Shown piece by piece: positions 17,049-26,084 of a stretch of DNA of 64,000 nt; the stretch's first letter is position 1; every line of letters begins with the position of its first letter. The notes under the pieces were generated by a model. That model worked only from the letters and a program-made list of their open reading frames with translations, was not told the DNA's origin and did not search any database. The stretch is from the NCBI GenBank assembly GCA_024103355.1, contig JAGFIU010000051.1, forward strand, positions 19,548 through 83,547, in the 5' to 3' direction. The stretch is from Bacteroidota bacterium. GTDB taxonomy: Bacteria; Bacteroidota; Bacteroidia; NS11-12g; UBA955. The position numbers and the translations under genes are program-made.

Positions 17049-19211
17049 ATGGATTTTAGAGAATATTTCAAACATATCATCAATCAGTTTAATCTGCCAT
17101 TGGAAAGTCCTATCTTGGTTTTTTCATTGATTCTACTTATTATTCTGCTGTCTCCGGTGCTTCTTAGAAAGCTGAATATCCCCGGTATTATAGGATTGAT
17201 TATTGCAGGAGTGGTGATTGGTCCTCATGGGTTGCATATTTTAGAAAGAAATTCAGCAGTTGATTTATTTTCAACAATAGGTCTGCTATACATCATGTTT
17301 ATTGCAGGTTTGGAGTTGGATTTGAATGAATTTAAAGCAAATAAGAACAAGAGTTTGTTGTTTGGTTTTTTTACATTTGCTATTCCGCTGTCTGTCGGTT
17401 ATCCGGTCTGTCACTACTTGTTAGGCTATGATTTTAATACAAGTTTTTTAACTGCCAGCATGTTTGCGACCCACACTCTTGTGGCTTATCCTATTGTAAG
17501 CAAGTTTGGAGTTTCCAAAAATCAGGCAGTTGCAATCACTGTTGGCGGCACTATTCTCACCGACACTGCCGTACTTATTATTTTGGCGGTTATTTTGGGA
17601 AATGCTCAAGGCGGTTTAACCAATGAATTTTGGATTAGACTCGGTGTATCTCTGATTATCTTTTCACTGATTATGTTCTTATTGATTCCACGAATTGCCA
17701 AGTGGTTTTTTAAGAAATTGGAGAGCGAAAAACATTCACATTACATCTTTGTACTCTCTGTCGTATTTTTTGCAGCATTTTTGGCTGAGGCAGCAGGGAT
17801 TGAGCCGATTATCGGAGCGTTTGTTGCGGGATTAGCTCTGAATAAATTAATACCTAACTCATCTGCACTGATGAACCGTATTGAATTTATAGGGAACTCG
17901 CTGTTTATCCCTTTTTTCCTCATTAGTGTGGGAATGATAGTAAATGTAAAAGTAATTGCATCAGGTACTATCGCATTGATTGTTGCAGGAACGCTTTCTG
18001 TCGTTGCAATTTCAGGCAAATGGCTTGCTGCTTTTCTTACACAACTTGTTTTTAAATACAGCAAGGCGCAAAGACAATTAATTTTTGGGCTTAGCGGTGC
18101 TCATGCAGCTGCCACGCTTGCTGTTATTTTGGTTGGTTATAAACATGGTATTATTGATGAAAACATACTCAACGGAACCATTATTCTGATTTTGATTACT
18201 TGTATTGTTGCTTCTTTTGCCACAGAAAAAGCATCAAAACAAATTGTAATAGAATCTGAAAATGACAGTGCTGATGCATATAAAACAAATGGAATCCACA
18301 ATGAACACATCCTACTCCCGATAAACAATCTGAATAAATTGGAAAAGCTACTTGACTTTTCAATTTTCATAAAAGACAAAAAATCGGCAAATCCTATTTC
18401 TATACTTACTGTCGTGTCTTATGATAATGATGCGGAATCCAATATTCTCAAGACCAGAAACAAATTAGAGAGTTTTGTAAAACAAGCATCTGCTTCAGAA
18501 ACCAAAGCAAATGTGATAACTACAATAGACCACAATGCAGCAAGCGGTATCAGCCGGATATCGAGAGAAATTATGGCAGATATTGTTACACTTGGTTGGC
18601 CAAGCCGTACCGGAATCTTTGATAAACTTTTGGGAGAAAAGATGGAGAGTATTCTGAAAAACATTGATAAAACAGTGCTGGTTTGTCAATTAGTTCACCC
18701 CTTAGCATTGCATAAACGAGTGGTCGTAGTTGTGCCGAGAATGGCTGAATACGAGAAAGGTTTTGTTTTGTGGGTGAAGAAGATTGCTATGCTTGCTCAA
18801 GAGTTGAGCCTTTCTATAGTTTTCTATTGCTGTGAATCAACAGAGAAAGCGATTAATAAGGTTTTTAATAAATATAAATTTACACCTTCATTAACATATC
18901 AATCGATGATAGATTGGGATGACTTTTTAGTGATAGCCAAAGATATCCGTAAGGAGGATTTGTTTGTGTTGATTTCGGCACGCAAAGGCGCAACATCTTA
19001 TGTTGGAGCAATGGATAATTTACCTTCTAAAATGGAGAAATATTTTGAGTCAAATAACCTGATAGTCATATATCCTCAGGAATATGACAGTGTCCCGATT
19101 GAACGATTCAGTGATATTTCCGGTGAACCAATCAATAAGAGTATTGAAGCAGTCCAAAAAATTGGGAAAGAAATTGGTTCTATCTTTAAAAAGCAAGAAA
19201 ATCAATCATAG
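17049..19211 (+). CDS. Cation:proton antiporter (CPA superfamily Na+/H+ or K+/H+ exchanger) with a large C-terminal cytoplasmic domain
   Basis: About 400 aa with 11-13 predicted TM helices, including GLELDLNEF (a CPA signature near the helix 4/5 crossover). Followed by a ~300 aa soluble C-terminal domain. 720 aa. Confidence 0.7.
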   Translation: MDFREYFKHIINQFNLPLESPILVFSLILLIILLSPVLLRKLNIPGIIGLIIAGVVIGPHGLHILERNSAVDLFSTIGLLYIMFIAGLELDLNEFKANKNKSLLFGFFTFAIPLSVGYPVCHYLLGYDFNTSFLTASMFATHTLVAYPIVSKFGVSKNQAVAITVGGTILTDTAVLIILAVILGNAQGGLTNEFWIRLGVSLIIFSLIMFLLIPRIAKWFFKKLESEKHSHYIFVLSVVFFAAFLAEAAGIEPIIGAFVAGLALNKLIPNSSALMNRIEFIGNSLFIPFFLISVGMIVNVKVIASGTIALIVAGTLSVVAISGKWLAAFLTQLVFKYSKAQRQLIFGLSGAHAAATLAVILVGYKHGIIDENILNGTIILILITCIVASFATEKASKQIVIESENDSADAYKTNGIHNEHILLPINNLNKLEKLLDFSIFIKDKKSANPISILTVVSYDNDAESNILKTRNKLESFVKQASASETKANVITTIDHNAASGISRISREIMADIVTLGWPSRTGIFDKLLGEKMESILKNIDKTVLVCQLVHPLALHKRVVVVVPRMAEYEKGFVLWVKKIAMLAQELSLSIVFYCCESTEKAINKVFNKYKFTPSLTYQSMIDWDDFLVIAKDIRKEDLFVLISARKGATSYVGAMDNLPSKMEKYFESNNLIVIYPQEYDSVPIERFSDISGEPINKSIEAVQKIGKEIGSIFKKQENQS

Positions 19212-19336
19212 CACCCCATCTCAAACCTCTCGCCTCAAGAAGAGGGCGGAATCTCGCGCTAGGATTTTATTTATAAAGGAAATTTTGTTTTTCGTCAATT
19301 ACAGTAATAACCATGCCGGTCAATAGATATGAAATA

Positions 19337-20413
19337 TCACTGCTTATCGCCAATCAGATTGGAAACAATTTCTTCGGCAGCATTGCCGTTCCCATATAGT
19401 CCTTCCTTTGCATTGAAGGGCTTGTGATAGATTAAATTAAAACAGGAAATAATCTTGTCTTTATCAGCACCTGCTATAAAATTAACTTTATTTTCAACCA
19501 ATTCAACCCATTCTGTTTCATCACGCATTGTAATACAATATTTCTTTTTCAAATAAGCTTCTTTCTGCAAGCCACCGCTATCAGTTAAGACAAATTGACA
19601 ATTATCCAGAAGTCCCAACATGGTCAGATATCCAACCGGTTCTATGATTTTGAAATGCGCTTGAATTCCGAGAGATTCTAAAATCTTTTTTGTTCGAGGA
19701 TGTAAGGGTAGGACTACTTGTATTTGTTTAGAAATCTCATTAAGTGCTTCTATGATAGCCTTTAATCTTTCAGGAATATCAGTATTTTCAGCTCTATGAA
19801 TGGTGCATAGGGCATAATGTTTTGATTCGGTGGTATGACAGATTTCGTCAGGGCTTGGCGCATATTCAGAAAAGAATTTTAAGGCATCGTACATGATATC
19901 TCCGGTTTTGATGACTTTACAGTTAAAATAATCAAAGCCTTCATTTTTTAGATTTTTAATTGCACTTTCCGTAGGGCAAAACAAAAAATCAGAGATTCTG
20001 TCAGTGAGGATTCTGTTAACTTCCTCAGGCATCTTCATATTGAAACTACGCAAACCTGCTTCAATGTGTGCAACTTTTACATGGAGTTTTTTTGCAGCTA
20101 ATGCCCCTGCAAGAGTAGAATTTGTATCACCATACACAAGCACACAGTCGGGTTTTTCTTTCAGTATAATTTTTTCAATTTCTTCCAACATGCGACCTGT
20201 CATCGCTCCGTGTCCTAAACTGTGAATATCAAGTTTGTATGTGGGAGCAGGGATTTTCATTTCAGAAAAGAAAATGTCACTCATGTTGGAATCAAAGTGT
20301 TGCCCCGTATGAACCAATATTTCGGTTATACCATTGGTTTCAACTATTTTTCTGCTTAGAGGAGCAGCCTTTATAAACTGCGGACGTGCTCCGATGATGG
20401 TCAAAATCTTCAT
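19337..20413 (-). CDS. wecB: UDP-N-acetylglucosamine 2-epimerase (non-hydrolysing)
   Basis: MKILTIIGARPQFIKAAPL…HTGQHFD…VYGDTNSTLAGALAA are canonical WecB/MnaA motifs. 358 aa. Confidence 0.85.
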   Translation of the reverse strand: MKILTIIGARPQFIKAAPLSRKIVETNGITEILVHTGQHFDSNMSDIFFSEMKIPAPTYKLDIHSLGHGAMTGRMLEEIEKIILKEKPDCVLVYGDTNSTLAGALAAKKLHVKVAHIEAGLRSFNMKMPEEVNRILTDRISDFLFCPTESAIKNLKNEGFDYFNCKVIKTGDIMYDALKFFSEYAPSPDEICHTTESKHYALCTIHRAENTDIPERLKAIIEALNEISKQIQVVLPLHPRTKKILESLGIQAHFKIIEPVGYLTMLGLLDNCQFVLTDSGGLQKEAYLKKKYCITMRDETEWVELVENKVNFIAGADKDKIISCFNLIYHKPFNAKEGLYGNGNAAEEIVSNLIGDKQ

Positions 20414-20443
20414 GAAGGCTGCGAAGTTAATTCAAATACTGCT

Positions 20444-20752
20444 TTACAGCTTGTCTGAGAGTTTTTTTATGAGTTCTATTAGTTCTTTTGGAAATTGAAT
20501 GGTTATTGTTGAAAAGTTATGCCCGCAATCAGAGCAGTTGGTAAACTCTTGATTAATTGGGACATCAAAAAACTTAGCCAACGGGATTTCTAATGCGTCT
20601 GCTATTTTAGTAAGCTGTTCCACATTTGGAGCTTTGGCGCCTGTTTCGATTTTGCTCATAATGAACTGGCTAATACCTGTTTTGCTGACGAGCCAGTCTT
20701 GTGAGATACCTTTTTTCAATCTTTCCTGACGAATTTTCTCTCCTATTTTCAT
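20444..20752 (-). CDS. XRE-family helix-turn-helix transcriptional regulator with a C-terminal Cys-containing tail
   Basis: MKIGEKIRQERLKKGISQDWLVSKTGISQFIMSKIETG is an HTH_XRE motif. The C-terminus has CSDCGH. I prefer the internal Met (the ORF-track start at 20860 adds 36 non-conserved residues). My reading of the printed sequence places this ATG 1 nt off the ORF-track frame, so the 5' end is approximate. Divergent from the 20869 gene. Confidence 0.6.
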   Translation of the reverse strand: MKIGEKIRQERLKKGISQDWLVSKTGISQFIMSKIETGAKAPNVEQLTKIADALEIPLAKFFDVPINQEFTNCSDCGHNFSTITIQFPKELIELIKKLSDKL

Positions 20753-20868
20753 AATGCAAACATAGAATATTTGCAATAATGTAATTGCGTTATTGCGGTA
20801 TTTATTGCTTGTGAAAAACAAATTGAAGTGGTTGGTTTGTTTCCGTACAATAATAAACATCTAAAAAT

Positions 20869-21864
20869 ATGAAAAAATTAATTTTAAAAACAACCGTAGC
20901 CACCTTAGTAATAGGGGGCAGTATGATGATGTATTCCTCCTGTAAAAAGGAAAGGAGTGTAGAGTCAGTCTATCAGGTGAATTCAAACAACCCCGAAGCA
21001 AGAAACAATGTTGATTACAGTATAATAGACACTGTTAGTGCAAAAACCAGTTCGCTAATATATGCGATTGGTTTACTTGATGAATCTGCATTCTGTTCTT
21101 TTAATTCGATAATAAATGGCTCTGATATTTTAGATGAGGTTGTTGGTACTGTGCCATCAGATAGCACCATAGTTGTAACTATACCCAGTTTGCAGCCCAC
21201 AAGTGTACTCACCCTTACCAACACAGGAACAATGCCACTGCGATTTTGTGGAAGTGATATGCCGGGTATAGATTGCGGAATAGTGGGTATAATACTCGAT
21301 TCGGGTCAATCTATAACAGTAGCATTGCAGGATATTGCTCCTGCAAGTATAGTGCCCGTAGCCCTTAACGTCAGCCACACCGTAGCCCCTCCAAGTAGTC
21401 CTGTCGGAAACTTTTCGGTAGTTTATTCTATTAGTAAAATGGAACAATTATCGTCAATTCCTGAATTTGCGAATGTGGTTGCTGTAATGAATGATATTGA
21501 TGACTTTATATTTAACAACCCTGATTTTGCAGTTTATATGACAGACCAAGATAATCAGGAATATTTGGGGCATGGTGTATTGGGTAATTTAGGTTATGAT
21601 GTTGATATGCAAAATATTAACTGTAATGCCTACAATGCCGGGATTAAAAGTTGTGGAGCGGGCTTTGTCGCGTGTGCTGTAAGTGCCGCATTTACAGGAC
21701 CTGCGTGGGGATTTTTCTTAGGACTTTGTGGAGTACAACTTATGTATTGTGTGGATGCAATGGATGCTGCATATCCCGGCTGCGTTCCCAAAGGTGATAA
21801 TCCTATTTTTACCAACCTCAAAGAGTTATGGTCGCCCAAAGTAACGTATAATTGTATAGATTAA
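20869..21864 (+). CDS. Putative lipoprotein with a Cys/Gly/Ala-rich C-terminal region; function unknown
   Basis: Signal peptide with lipobox-like …MMMYSSC. The C-terminal ~80 aa has 9 Cys and small hydrophobic runs (CGAGFVACAVSAAFTGPAWGFFLGLCGVQLMYC). Confidence 0.45.
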   Translation: MKKLILKTTVATLVIGGSMMMYSSCKKERSVESVYQVNSNNPEARNNVDYSIIDTVSAKTSSLIYAIGLLDESAFCSFNSIINGSDILDEVVGTVPSDSTIVVTIPSLQPTSVLTLTNTGTMPLRFCGSDMPGIDCGIVGIILDSGQSITVALQDIAPASIVPVALNVSHTVAPPSSPVGNFSVVYSISKMEQLSSIPEFANVVAVMNDIDDFIFNNPDFAVYMTDQDNQEYLGHGVLGNLGYDVDMQNINCNAYNAGIKSCGAGFVACAVSAAFTGPAWGFFLGLCGVQLMYCVDAMDAAYPGCVPKGDNPIFTNLKELWSPKVTYNCID

Positions 21865-21886
21865 AAAAATCCTTAATATTGCCCCT

Positions 21887-22228
21887 ATGAAAGAAGCAAA
21901 AATAGTATTAAAAATAACAAAAGGAGTGGTTTGGTTTGTGTTTCTCTCCTCAATGGTGCTAATGCTTTTACCTGTAAGCATTAAAGCTAAGTTTTTTGAT
22001 AGTATTCCTTACATCAGTCTTGTGTTGATTGCGCTTGTATTTGCCGCTTTCAGCATAGGGAAGTTTTATGCCAAAACACTAAACACCACCTTTGAGATAA
22101 CCGACTTCTTTACAAAGCGGTTTAATATTCCTTACGAAAAAATGAGGTGGGTTGTGATTGGTAACACCTTGTTTGGTGTCATAGTTCTGATTGTTGTCGG
22201 GGTTTTCTTTATAAAAAGGTTCTTATAA
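21887..22228 (+). CDS. Small membrane protein (113 aa, 3 predicted TM helices), unknown function
   Basis: Three hydrophobic helices. Located 22 bp after the upstream gene and followed by a strong terminator. Confidence 0.4.
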   Translation: MKEAKIVLKITKGVVWFVFLSSMVLMLLPVSIKAKFFDSIPYISLVLIALVFAAFSIGKFYAKTLNTTFEITDFFTKRFNIPYEKMRWVVIGNTLFGVIVLIVVGVFFIKRFL

Positions 22229-22255
22229 GGCGTAAGCTGATTACAATAGTAAAAA

Positions 22256-22287
22256 GTTGGTTGGGTAAGCCCTAACCAGCTTTTTTA
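22256..22287 (+). terminator. Rho-independent terminator (10-bp stem with 2 G-U pairs, 5-nt loop, T6 tail)
   Basis: GTTGGTTGGG-taagc-CCTAACCAGC followed by TTTTTTA, 28 bp after the stop at 22228. Confidence 0.6.
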
Positions 22288-22373
22288 TTCCCCCCTCAAA
22301 AATTCTGACTCAAATCTAATCAAACTCCAAATTCTGCTTTATTTTTACAGCGTTAAAAATTCCCAATGGAACT

Positions 22374-22457
22374 ATTAAATTCACAGGCAAGCCTGACATT
22401 TTTCATGTATTAAGAAACAGAATTAACGGATACTTCAAGCAGCATAATAAAGCATGA
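22374..22457 (+). pseudogene. Degenerate duplicated 5' fragment of the downstream membrane desaturase gene (no start codon, in-frame stop)
   Basis: Translation IKFTGKPDIFHVLRNRINGYFKQHNKA* matches IKFTSKPDFFLILRNRIDGYFKDNN at the N-terminus of the 22704 gene. Nucleotide identity is also visible (agaaacagaattRacggatactt). Confidence 0.5.
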
Positions 22458-22678
22458 CAGGGAAGTCAAAAATATTCTCAATATATCAATCAGGTGGCAA
22501 AATGATTTGCTGCCTGATTTGCTTATGCTGTCTTGTATTTACTGCCAAATCCCACGACTCCTTAGCCAACTACACAGTGAAAAAAGGAAAATACAATCTT
22601 ATTTGGAGTGCGCTATAAATTTTAAATCGGTTATTTTTATAATTCAAAACTAAACATTCATTACTCAACATTCTTGCC

Positions 22679-22686
22679 TACATTTG
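22679..22686 (+). promoter_or_regulatory. Bacteroidetes-type -7 promoter element (TAnnTTTG) upstream of the desaturase gene
   Basis: TACATTTG lies 18 bp upstream of the ATG at 22704. This argues against the TTG start at 22674. Confidence 0.3.
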
Positions 22687-22703
22687 CGCCACTCAATAAA
22701 ATA

Positions 22704-23777
22704 ATGGCTCAAATTAAATTTACTTCAAAACCGGACTTCTTTCTCATACTCAGAAACAGAATTGACGGATACTTTAAAGATAATAATCTGAATAAAACCG
22801 GAGATTTCCGACTGTATTCAAAATCTATCATTTTGTTCAGTGCATTGGTTGCACTCTATGTTGTTTTGGTGTTTTTTACACCCTCGAGTGTCTGGTTGGC
22901 ACTCTTGCTTTGTGTGTTGATGGGGGTTACTTTAGCAGCCATTGGTTTTAACGTAATGCACGATGGGGCGCATGGGTGTTATTCTTCAAATCCAACGATC
23001 AATGCAATCATGGGTTTTTCTTTAAATGTAATGGGGGGGAATGTGTATATCTGGAAACAAAAACATAACGTGAATCACCACTCTTTTACGAATATCGAAG
23101 GAATGGATGATGATATTGACATCAAACCTTTTATTCGCGTTCATACTGCGCAAAAGAAGAATTTTCTCCACCCTTTACAACATTTCTATTGGGTTTTGCT
23201 TTATGGTACAACTTATATCTTTTGGGTGTTTTATAATGATTTTAAAAAGTATTTCAGTGGTAAAATCTCTGAATATACCCCCATTCCTAAGATGAGTATC
23301 AAAGAACAGCTGAATTTCTGGTCCTCAAAAATATTCTATGTTTTCTTGTTCATCGTACTTCCGGGAATAATGGTTGGATGGATTCCAATGTTAGTTGGCT
23401 ATTTAGTGATTTGTTATGTTACAGGCTTGTTGATTGCTGTTGTCTTTCAATTGGCGCATGTAGTAGAGAAGGCTGACTTTGTTGACCCTGTGTCTTCAGG
23501 TTTTAGTGTGGAGGATGAATGGGCAATACATCAATTAAAGACTACTGCAAATTTTGGAACCGGCAGTAAATTTCTGAATTGGTTGTTGGGTGGGTTAAAT
23601 TTTCAGGTTGAACATCATTTGTTTCCAAGAATCAGTCATGTGCATTATGCTAAGATGAATGAGATTGTGAAAGAAACTTGTAAAGAGTATAATGTTGAAT
23701 ACAAAGAGTATCCTACGATGTTTGAAGCACTAAAGTCACATGTTCTTCATCTGAAAGCTGTAGGTCAAGCTGCTTAA
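22704..23777 (+). CDS. Membrane fatty-acid desaturase family protein (three His-box di-iron enzyme)
   Basis: His boxes HDGAHG, HNVNHH and HHLFP. Four or more TM helices. 357 aa from the ATG at 22704. Confidence 0.8.
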   Translation: MAQIKFTSKPDFFLILRNRIDGYFKDNNLNKTGDFRLYSKSIILFSALVALYVVLVFFTPSSVWLALLLCVLMGVTLAAIGFNVMHDGAHGCYSSNPTINAIMGFSLNVMGGNVYIWKQKHNVNHHSFTNIEGMDDDIDIKPFIRVHTAQKKNFLHPLQHFYWVLLYGTTYIFWVFYNDFKKYFSGKISEYTPIPKMSIKEQLNFWSSKIFYVFLFIVLPGIMVGWIPMLVGYLVICYVTGLLIAVVFQLAHVVEKADFVDPVSSGFSVEDEWAIHQLKTTANFGTGSKFLNWLLGGLNFQVEHHLFPRISHVHYAKMNEIVKETCKEYNVEYKEYPTMFEALKSHVLHLKAVGQAA

Positions 23778-24880
23778 TTCTTGCGAGTTCTTTGAACTAT
23801 CATTTTTGCAACTCGCTCTGACGCTCCTTTATCACCCACTTTGATTTTCAAAGCAGCGTAGCCGGTCAGGACTGCTTTTCTTTTGTCTGTATTCAAGATT
23901 TTATCTAATTCATTTTTTGCATTGGATTCGGTTAGTTCGTCTTGAATGAGCTCTTTCACTAATGGACTATCCAAAATCAGATTAACCAATGAGATGTATT
24001 TTACCCTCATCAGAGGTTTTACAATCAGGTATGATATTTTAGAAAACTTATAACAAACAACTTGGGGCACGTTCCATAGCCCTGTTTCAAGTGTTGCGGT
24101 ACCGCTTGTAACAAGTGCTGCTGTAGCTACAGAAAGTATTTCATAAGTTTTTCCTCTAAGAATCTCAATCTGATATTTTTTTGAAAGCAGATTTAATTCT
24201 TCTTGTGAAAAAGAATCGGAGCCTGCCATCACAAAACGATAATCTTGGAAATGTTTTGGAACAGAAGCCAAAATGGGCAATATATTGGCAATCTCCATTT
24301 TCCTGCTCCCAGGCAAAAGAGCGATTACCGGCTTTCCCGAACATAGATTTTCAACTATATTTGTATCAGGTTGATATTCTGAGATTAAATCAACCAAAGG
24401 ATTTCCGACATAGTCAGATTCAATTTGATATTTATTAAAAAATGCAGGTTCAAAAGGCAAAATGGTATATAGATAGTCCACATAAGCCTTTATGTCCTTG
24501 ATGCGCTTTTTATTCCATGCCCAAACTTTGGGAGCAATATAAAAGTGAACCGGAATACCCATATTTTTTGCGATTGGAGCGATACGCAAATTAAATCCCG
24601 GATAATCAATCAAGATAAGTGCATCAGGTTTGTATCTGATAAAATCATCCTTAAAGAGTTTAAAATTCCTTTTGATTTTTCGTAGGTTCATTATGACTTC
24701 CCAAATACCCATAAAAGCCCGCTCTCTGATGTGAGAAACCTGAGTGCCACCCATGCGCTCCATTTTGTCGCCACCCCAAATTCTAAATTCTGCTTCGGAA
24801 TCTTCTTGCATGATAATTTGCATGATTTTGGCTCCATACATATCACCGCTTGGCTCTCCGGCAACGATATAGTATTTCAT
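23774..24880 (-). CDS. lpxB: Lipid-A-disaccharide synthase
   Basis: MKYYIVAGEPSGDMYGAKIM N-terminus and length (368 aa) are characteristic of LpxB. Confidence 0.85.
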   Translation of the reverse strand: MKYYIVAGEPSGDMYGAKIMQIIMQEDSEAEFRIWGGDKMERMGGTQVSHIRERAFMGIWEVIMNLRKIKRNFKLFKDDFIRYKPDALILIDYPGFNLRIAPIAKNMGIPVHFYIAPKVWAWNKKRIKDIKAYVDYLYTILPFEPAFFNKYQIESDYVGNPLVDLISEYQPDTNIVENLCSGKPVIALLPGSRKMEIANILPILASVPKHFQDYRFVMAGSDSFSQEELNLLSKKYQIEILRGKTYEILSVATAALVTSGTATLETGLWNVPQVVCYKFSKISYLIVKPLMRVKYISLVNLILDSPLVKELIQDELTESNAKNELDKILNTDKRKAVLTGYAALKIKVGDKGASERVAKMIVQRTRKN

Positions 24881-24882
24881 GG

Positions 24883-25179
24883 CTATTTAAAAAAATGAAT
24901 GATAAAGACGTAAGCGCCAATTACTAAGGTGCCAATTACAACACCTCTTGAGAATCGTTGGTTCTTATATCGGTTGAGTGCAATTAGAAAAATTGGCAAA
25001 TTTATCAGCATAGAAGCCTTGATAACCGGAAGGGCGGTTTTGTCATTGCCCAACCATAAGTTTAGAATATAATCAACACTCATGTATTGAGGAAAGCGTG
25101 CATATAGAACCACGATACAGCAAAGTAATGGTGCTATGATTCCTGTAATAATTCCAAAAATGAGAGGTTTATTTTTCAT
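24883..25179 (-). CDS. Small integral membrane protein (98 aa, 3 TM), unknown function
   Basis: Hydrophobic. Translationally coupled between surE and lpxB. Confidence 0.4.
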   Translation of the reverse strand: MKNKPLIFGIITGIIAPLLCCIVVLYARFPQYMSVDYILNLWLGNDKTALPVIKASMLINLPIFLIALNRYKNQRFSRGVVIGTLVIGAYVFIIHFFK

Positions 25180-25936
25180 TTAAATTCCAATTATTTACAA
25201 TAGAAATGCTTTTATAATCCGTAAGGTCATATTGGGTAGGAACAATCGAAACATAGTCTTGAGAAAGTGCAAACACATCAGTGTCTTCTCCATTGTCAAT
25301 GTTAACAAAATTGCCAATCATCCAATAGTATTTGCGCCCGTATGGGTCAATACGTTCTTCAAAACTTTCTTCCCATTTTGCATTTGCTTGACGACATACT
25401 TTTATTCCTTTAATATTCTTAGTTGTGGGTATGTTTACATTCAATAGTGAATTGGGTGGGAGAGGGTTTTGTAAAAGGTTATGAATAATTTTTTCAATAT
25501 ATGGAACTGCCGGCTCAAAATCTGCGTGATAACTGTAATCAGTGAGAGAAAAACCGATAGATGGAATCCCGTTGATTGCACCTTCCACAGCAGCACTCAT
25601 TGTTCCTGAATAAATTACGTTAATAGAAGAGTTGTTGCCGTGATTGATTCCTGATAATAGAAGGTCCGGTTTAGTAATCAAGAGCTTGTCAATAGCAAGT
25701 TTCACACAATCCACAGGAGTTCCGGTTGTTTGAAATGCTTCTGCATTTTCAAAGATATCCATCTGTTCTACTCGCAAAGGCTGATTAACGGTTATTGCAT
25801 GTCCCATTCCACTCTGTGGACCATCGGGAGCAACCACTATTACTCGTCCGATTTTCTTTGCTATTTCCACTAAAACTCTTAAGCCGGGTGCTGTTATCCC
25901 GTCATCATTACTCACTAATATCAGAGGCTTTGTCAT
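25169..25936 (-). CDS. surE: 5'/3'-nucleotidase SurE
   Basis: MTKPLILVSNDDGITAPGLRVL is the SurE signature. 255 aa. Confidence 0.85.
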   Translation of the reverse strand: MTKPLILVSNDDGITAPGLRVLVEIAKKIGRVIVVAPDGPQSGMGHAITVNQPLRVEQMDIFENAEAFQTTGTPVDCVKLAIDKLLITKPDLLLSGINHGNNSSINVIYSGTMSAAVEGAINGIPSIGFSLTDYSYHADFEPAVPYIEKIIHNLLQNPLPPNSLLNVNIPTTKNIKGIKVCRQANAKWEESFEERIDPYGRKYYWMIGNFVNIDNGEDTDVFALSQDYVSIVPTQYDLTDYKSISIVNNWNLNEK

Positions 25937-26084
25937 TGTTGCAAAAGTATGAAAAACTTCGAGCCTTTTAGGGTGCTTTTATTATACTAAATTATTTGCT
26001 TGTATATAAAAAAATAGCCCTCTGCATTGTGAACCTTTTTGATTGTATGCAGAGGGCGCAGATAGTTTGTAAGAAAGGTGTTTA

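Noticed and set aside
19212-19336. Rho-independent terminator between the convergent antiporter and wecB genes
   Set aside because: Only 3-4 bp of clean complementarity (GCC…GGC / CGCC…GGCG) and no U-tract. Not convincing as a terminator. Noted only for its motif similarity to the 58.7 kb element.
22674-22703. TTG start codon for the desaturase
   Set aside because: A TAnnTTTG promoter box (22679-22686) would lie inside this extension. The ATG at 22704 gives an N-terminus that aligns with the duplicated remnant.
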